Origin: Catajapyx aquilonaris
Lineage: Eukaryota
Length of the DNA stretch: 24,346 nucleotides
Direction of reading: 5' to 3'
Assembly: GCA_000934665.2 (NCBI GenBank)
Contig: JYFJ02001221.1
Location: forward strand, 62,001 to 86,346
The position numbers and the translations under genes were made by a program. The notes under the pieces are model-generated. The model did no database searches, was not told where the DNA came from, and saw nothing but the letters and a program-made list of their open reading frames with translations. Position 1 is the first letter of the stretch, and the number at the start of each line of letters is the position of its first letter. Positions 20,023-24,346 of the stretch are shown piece by piece.

Positions 20023-22008
20023 GTGAGTTTCTTTTATTGTGTCATACCTGTCGGTAATTCGTAATTGAAATAAGAGCTGATTTTTAGGAATCTGCGCATA
20101 ATGCCCGGAGTGTAATTGGAGAATTTTTTAAAATATGCTATCGTAAAGAGTTGTGTCGACTCATAAAAATATTTCGATTACATATTGTGATTGCCTATAT
20201 ACGTAATCGTCGATTTTCCCGAATTTTCGTTGATAAAACTGGTTGTAAATTAATGCGATTTGGGAACGACTTTTTAAACGATTGTAAGGTGTACGGTGTC
20301 TCAAATCATTGACTTTGGGATTTTCAATATTTTAATGAAATTAGGCGAATTTGATCGAAAGGTGTATTAATTTGTGTCAGTATAAAACGATAAGATGTCA
20401 GATGGTATCACCAATGGTGTTTCTTTGTACTGTACCATTCCCGTCATCTGAGGAACTGAGGTGTTCCAAGCGGAAATACAGTATAGCCTTTTTGTGTTCA
20501 TTCAACCAATTCAATTCGTGTTTATTGCAGCGGAAATGCGTAATAAATTCAGTGCAGTCATGGGCAAAATGGAGACAAAAAAAAGTTCAATATTTGCGAC
20601 TACGTAATGCCTTCCTATTTTACAGAGGTACACCTAAATGACTGACATATCGAACTTTTACTTTAGCTGTGAGTTTTAGCTTTGTTTGTTTACCAACTTT
20701 GTGCCGTTATGTGATTCACCCTGTATTTTATGGTCGGGTTGACATTCAAACACCAATGTAGTGAATATAGTGCCAGACAGATTAGTGGATACTCTTGTTC
20801 TACATGATACTAGTTGCCATTTTTATTCGCAAAAAACATGAGGTAAAGTAGGACTACCTAAACACGGGGAAAAGTAGGGCCCACTTGTAACAACCATTAA
20901 AATCCTTTCGGCTCCGGCGCGGAAAAAATCCACTTGACCCCAATATAAAGCTGGATTTTTTTGCGGTCAAGTGTTACGGAAAAAAATACATAACACCGTT
21001 ATGTAAGAATTTGGAAAAATGGAGTACAGTGAAAGCTCACTTTTTATCAGATTAAGGAGCATTGATGATAAACCATATGAATCAGACGTAATTATTTAAA
21101 GAAATTTAGATACAGTATCGTACCTGAATGGAGATTGAATACAGAAAGTTTAATATAATGGCGATTTTATTGACTGTAAGTGTGAATTTGATATGACATG
21201 TAATTGGCGCTTGGTTTACTCCATAAAGTGTAATACCGTGTCTATAATGTTCACCTCACATTTTTGGACACCTTTTTGAATTTTGATGATAATCCTGCTG
21301 CTTTACGTAATGACCTATACGCATTTGTAATATCGCGGAAGATGTAAGAAGTCAACAGCTGCGTAACGGAAGGAACATAAAGAATTCGCATATTCATCAC
21401 ATGATGTACCGGTACTGCTACAATGCCTCGTGAGTTGTGCCTTACATAGCACGCACAAAGCAGGGTGCCGTTACAAGAGAAGCTACTGTTGCATTAACCA
21501 AATCTATAAGTATGGACTCGGATGTACGGTATACCGTCATACTCAACCTAATTAACAATATCAGACGCATGATGCTCGATGTTTATTATTGTTTCTCGCA
21601 GTGTCATTCCGTTCATCACGCATACAGTATACCTATAGGGTAGCTTCAAAGCAGTTGACCACATGACGGAACCTTACTTCACTTGCGAAAGTTGTTTTGA
21701 TGACATAACGTAAACTTCGTGCCTTGTGTACTGCCACCTTATAACAGCATTCAGGAAGTAGAAAGTTAAAAGCATGCGAATTGCGACGACGGTCATTAAC
21801 GAATGTTATGAGAGTTGGACCTGCATTGCATGTTATGTAGCAATACCGAGTCTACATGTCAAGGCCATTTATAAAATTGTAAATGAGTATGTGGCATGCA
21901 ACACGATTGCATTGATGTCACGTATCGGTTTTCGGAGGAGCAATCGACAATTAAGGGCAACTCAATTGGTGCCTCTGATTGTTGGACCACTATTCCCAAT
22001 GCCACCTT

Positions 22009-22212
22009 TACACTCTCAGCCATGTAACCTCAATATTCAAGTTACATTATTGCAAAATTTGTACCTTATAGCAGTTACCATGAAGTAGATATTGCTCTCA
22101 TTACGTACATTGAGCATACATTTCTGATGTACATTTTCCAGGGTTTTGCTGTCGTTGTATCTTTGAAAATACTGTTGAAAAGCAACGTTGAAGTTACATG
22201 ACTGAGAGTGTA
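22009..22212. repeat. Inverted-repeat element (MITE-like)
   Basis: tacactctcagccatgtaacctcaatatt (22009-22037) vs reverse complement of 22184-22212, 25/29 identity; TA at both ends. Confidence 0.6.
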
Positions 22213-23039
22213 TGTCAGTTCTGGGAACTGGGCCGACGGGAAGCGCAACTCTCGGATATGGATCCCGTACAGCTAACTCTTTTTTCCCCGTAAACTCCGT
22301 GACAGAAGAAAATTCTAAAACAGCGCATGTAGCATAGTAGGACTTCTTGAAGGCACCTTCTTTTGTAGTACACATTTTTCATAAGTAAGCCGCATCGTAC
22401 GTGTTCTGCAAAAATTACGTTCTAAACCTGAAGTGTTACGTCAGCAAAAATCCGTTCAGAAAGAACTATATTTACGTGTTTAGTGTACGTATATCGGAAA
22501 AATGTATCTGCGTAATTGGAATAACCAAATGTTGATAAATATTATTCTAGACATGCTTTGCAGAAAAGATATTAAGATATCATTGGACGTAGATGTTTAT
22601 GCATCAAATAAATGCCGAAAAATTGCGTATAATTGGTAACACCCATTGTACATTGTTTGTTGATCTGATTTGCAGTCTAAACAAATAGCTCTCCGCGTAA
22701 GTACGGAATTACCACGCAAGCTCGTGTTTTAAAAGGCTACTTGAATCGGACGAATGATGGCCATTACCACCTCCAGAGTGCAGCTTAGTGGCTTCCAGCT
22801 CCCACATTCCAGAGGAACAAAAAACAAGTGCTGTGTAGTTACTTCACCCTCGAGCCATGGTGAAGGGGTGAATAAACCCGAGCAACTGATTATTCTCGTG
22901 TCAATTGTAGAAGCCTCCATTTCCGGCAATGGTACAACCCAGCTGAAAAAGAACGATTGAGGGTATATAGGGGGGGGGGGGGGTCCTTGACATTGGCGAT
23001 TTTTTTTAAAAGAGCCACGCAAAAAAAAAAAAGACAGAT

Positions 23040-23533
23040 GAAATAAGGGCGCGTCCCAGATCCGCCAACTCATAACAATTATCGCTGACTGCCCACCTGC
23101 AACTCTTCCCCAAAAACCCCCGCCAGCTAAAGTAATAAACGCCTTTGAAAAAATGTACACAAACCGGTTGGATCGGAGCTTCTTCCCGGGCTCAAACCGG
23201 CAACGGGTTTGTAGACAGGACAGTCGGGATTGGTTGGAGGAAGGGCCATTGAGGATTGCTATTGGTGGAGGAGGTGTCGGGGTTGCCGGGTTGGTCTCCT
23301 GGAAGTGTGGGCATCTCCTGGAGAATTGAAGGGGTCGGATCCAGTTCGTCTCTTGTCGTCTGCCTGGATGGCTTTGTCTGGGAGAATCCGCCAATTTCTA
23401 CAAGAGTTTTGTGGGGGCTAGAGGAAGTGTGGATTGTCTTCTGGGTAACGTCCACTGGTCCTTGCTGTACCGCCGGAGCATTTGTAAGTGTAGCGGCGGG
23501 TCTTTTTGAATTCTGCGCGGGTCAATGGCCAAG
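23040..23533 (+). promoter_or_regulatory. Second GC/CpG-rich promoter or 5' exon candidate
   Basis: ATTGG boxes at 23229 and 23261; GGCGGG-N4-TTTGAA 23495-23510; donors gtaagt 23484 and ATGGCCAAG|gtagat 23534. Confidence 0.35.
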
Positions 23534-24346
23534 GTAGATTTTTTTTTTTATCGTCCATCCCCCGGAGTGTCACTTTGAAATGTTGTGTGGCGACTCACGG
23601 TCTGGTGGGTATCTGATCGGTAGATGAGTTTCCGGTGGCTGGACATTGATTTTGCATTAGGTGTTAAGTGAAGTGAATAGTGCATTTTAAAGACGTGTTG
23701 TTACTTACACACTATACACAGTTGCAATTTTGTCTATAGAAGTCACTTGTATTAAATGGCAAGTTAATCTGTCCATTGACCAATCAGGCTGCAGAATATA
23801 CTGACACTGACAGTGAGATAAGTAAGTGTTTTTAAATGGCCCGTGAATGATAGGTGCCTATGGTCACAGTTCTGAAAACACGTAATGTACTGGGTATGGT
23901 ACTTTTGCATTTGACTCGTGTTTAGAATTTTCATCTTCAAAACATTACCTCACATGAAATAATTATAGTATTTCTGGAAGGATAGTATTAATTTTTGGCA
24001 ACGAATGGCAATATTCCATGTCCTGCCATGTCATTTCGTTTTGATTTGTATATTTATGATTTGTTCCATTATAATTATTGCTTGTAATGACATAATAAAT
24101 TAGGCTACTAGTAAGATAATAGGCATACTCTAGTTATAGTTCGGTCTTTTTCACCAATAATACCATGGAATCAAATCAATCAATACAGCCATGCTGGGAG
24201 GATGCTGAACTCTCGGATCCATGTGGGAAACCCATACATTGCCTGAAGATAATGGGGAACTAGCCTTGGTCTGGGATTTGGGATTTTTGTTCATAACTAG
24301 CTAGCCCATGCCTGTAAACATACATTCCATCACTCTGTTGCATCAA

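Noticed and set aside
22729..23537. Overlapping ORFs up to 221 aa
   Set aside because: They run through homopolymer tracts in GC-rich promoter-like DNA and show no domain signal.
1..24346. Prokaryotic systems (CRISPR arrays, operons, defence islands)
   Set aside because: The sequence is intron-containing eukaryotic DNA, and no regularly spaced repeat-spacer array is present.

Overview
Eukaryotic, almost certainly arthropod, genomic DNA. Evidence: GT-AG introns with a 60-70 nt short mode, insect-like protein sequences, and CpG-poor gene bodies with CpG-rich promoters. Three spliced genes can be built by hand with consistent splice phases. (1) An uncharacterised ~299-aa BC-box/Cul2-box + LRR protein (+, 100-2535, 3 exons). 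(2) A 51-aa ATP synthase subunit DAPIT/USMG5/ATP5MK (-, 4012-2841, 2 coding exons), absent from the ORF track. (3) RRP5/PDCD11 (+, 6101-18226, 13 coding exons, 1458 aa). ATP5MK and RRP5 are head-to-head on a short shared promoter, the same arrangement as human ATP5MK-PDCD11. Introns carry two long fold-back DNA elements (one built from two mariner DD34D 3' ends), two tRNA-derived SINE families (one V-SINE-like), a hAT-like MITE candidate and a 57-bp GC-rich micro-insertion with a 10-bp target duplication. The last 5 kb is CpG-rich, non-coding sequence with one or two promoter/first-exon candidates of an unidentified downstream gene. All calls are by eye; no searches were run.
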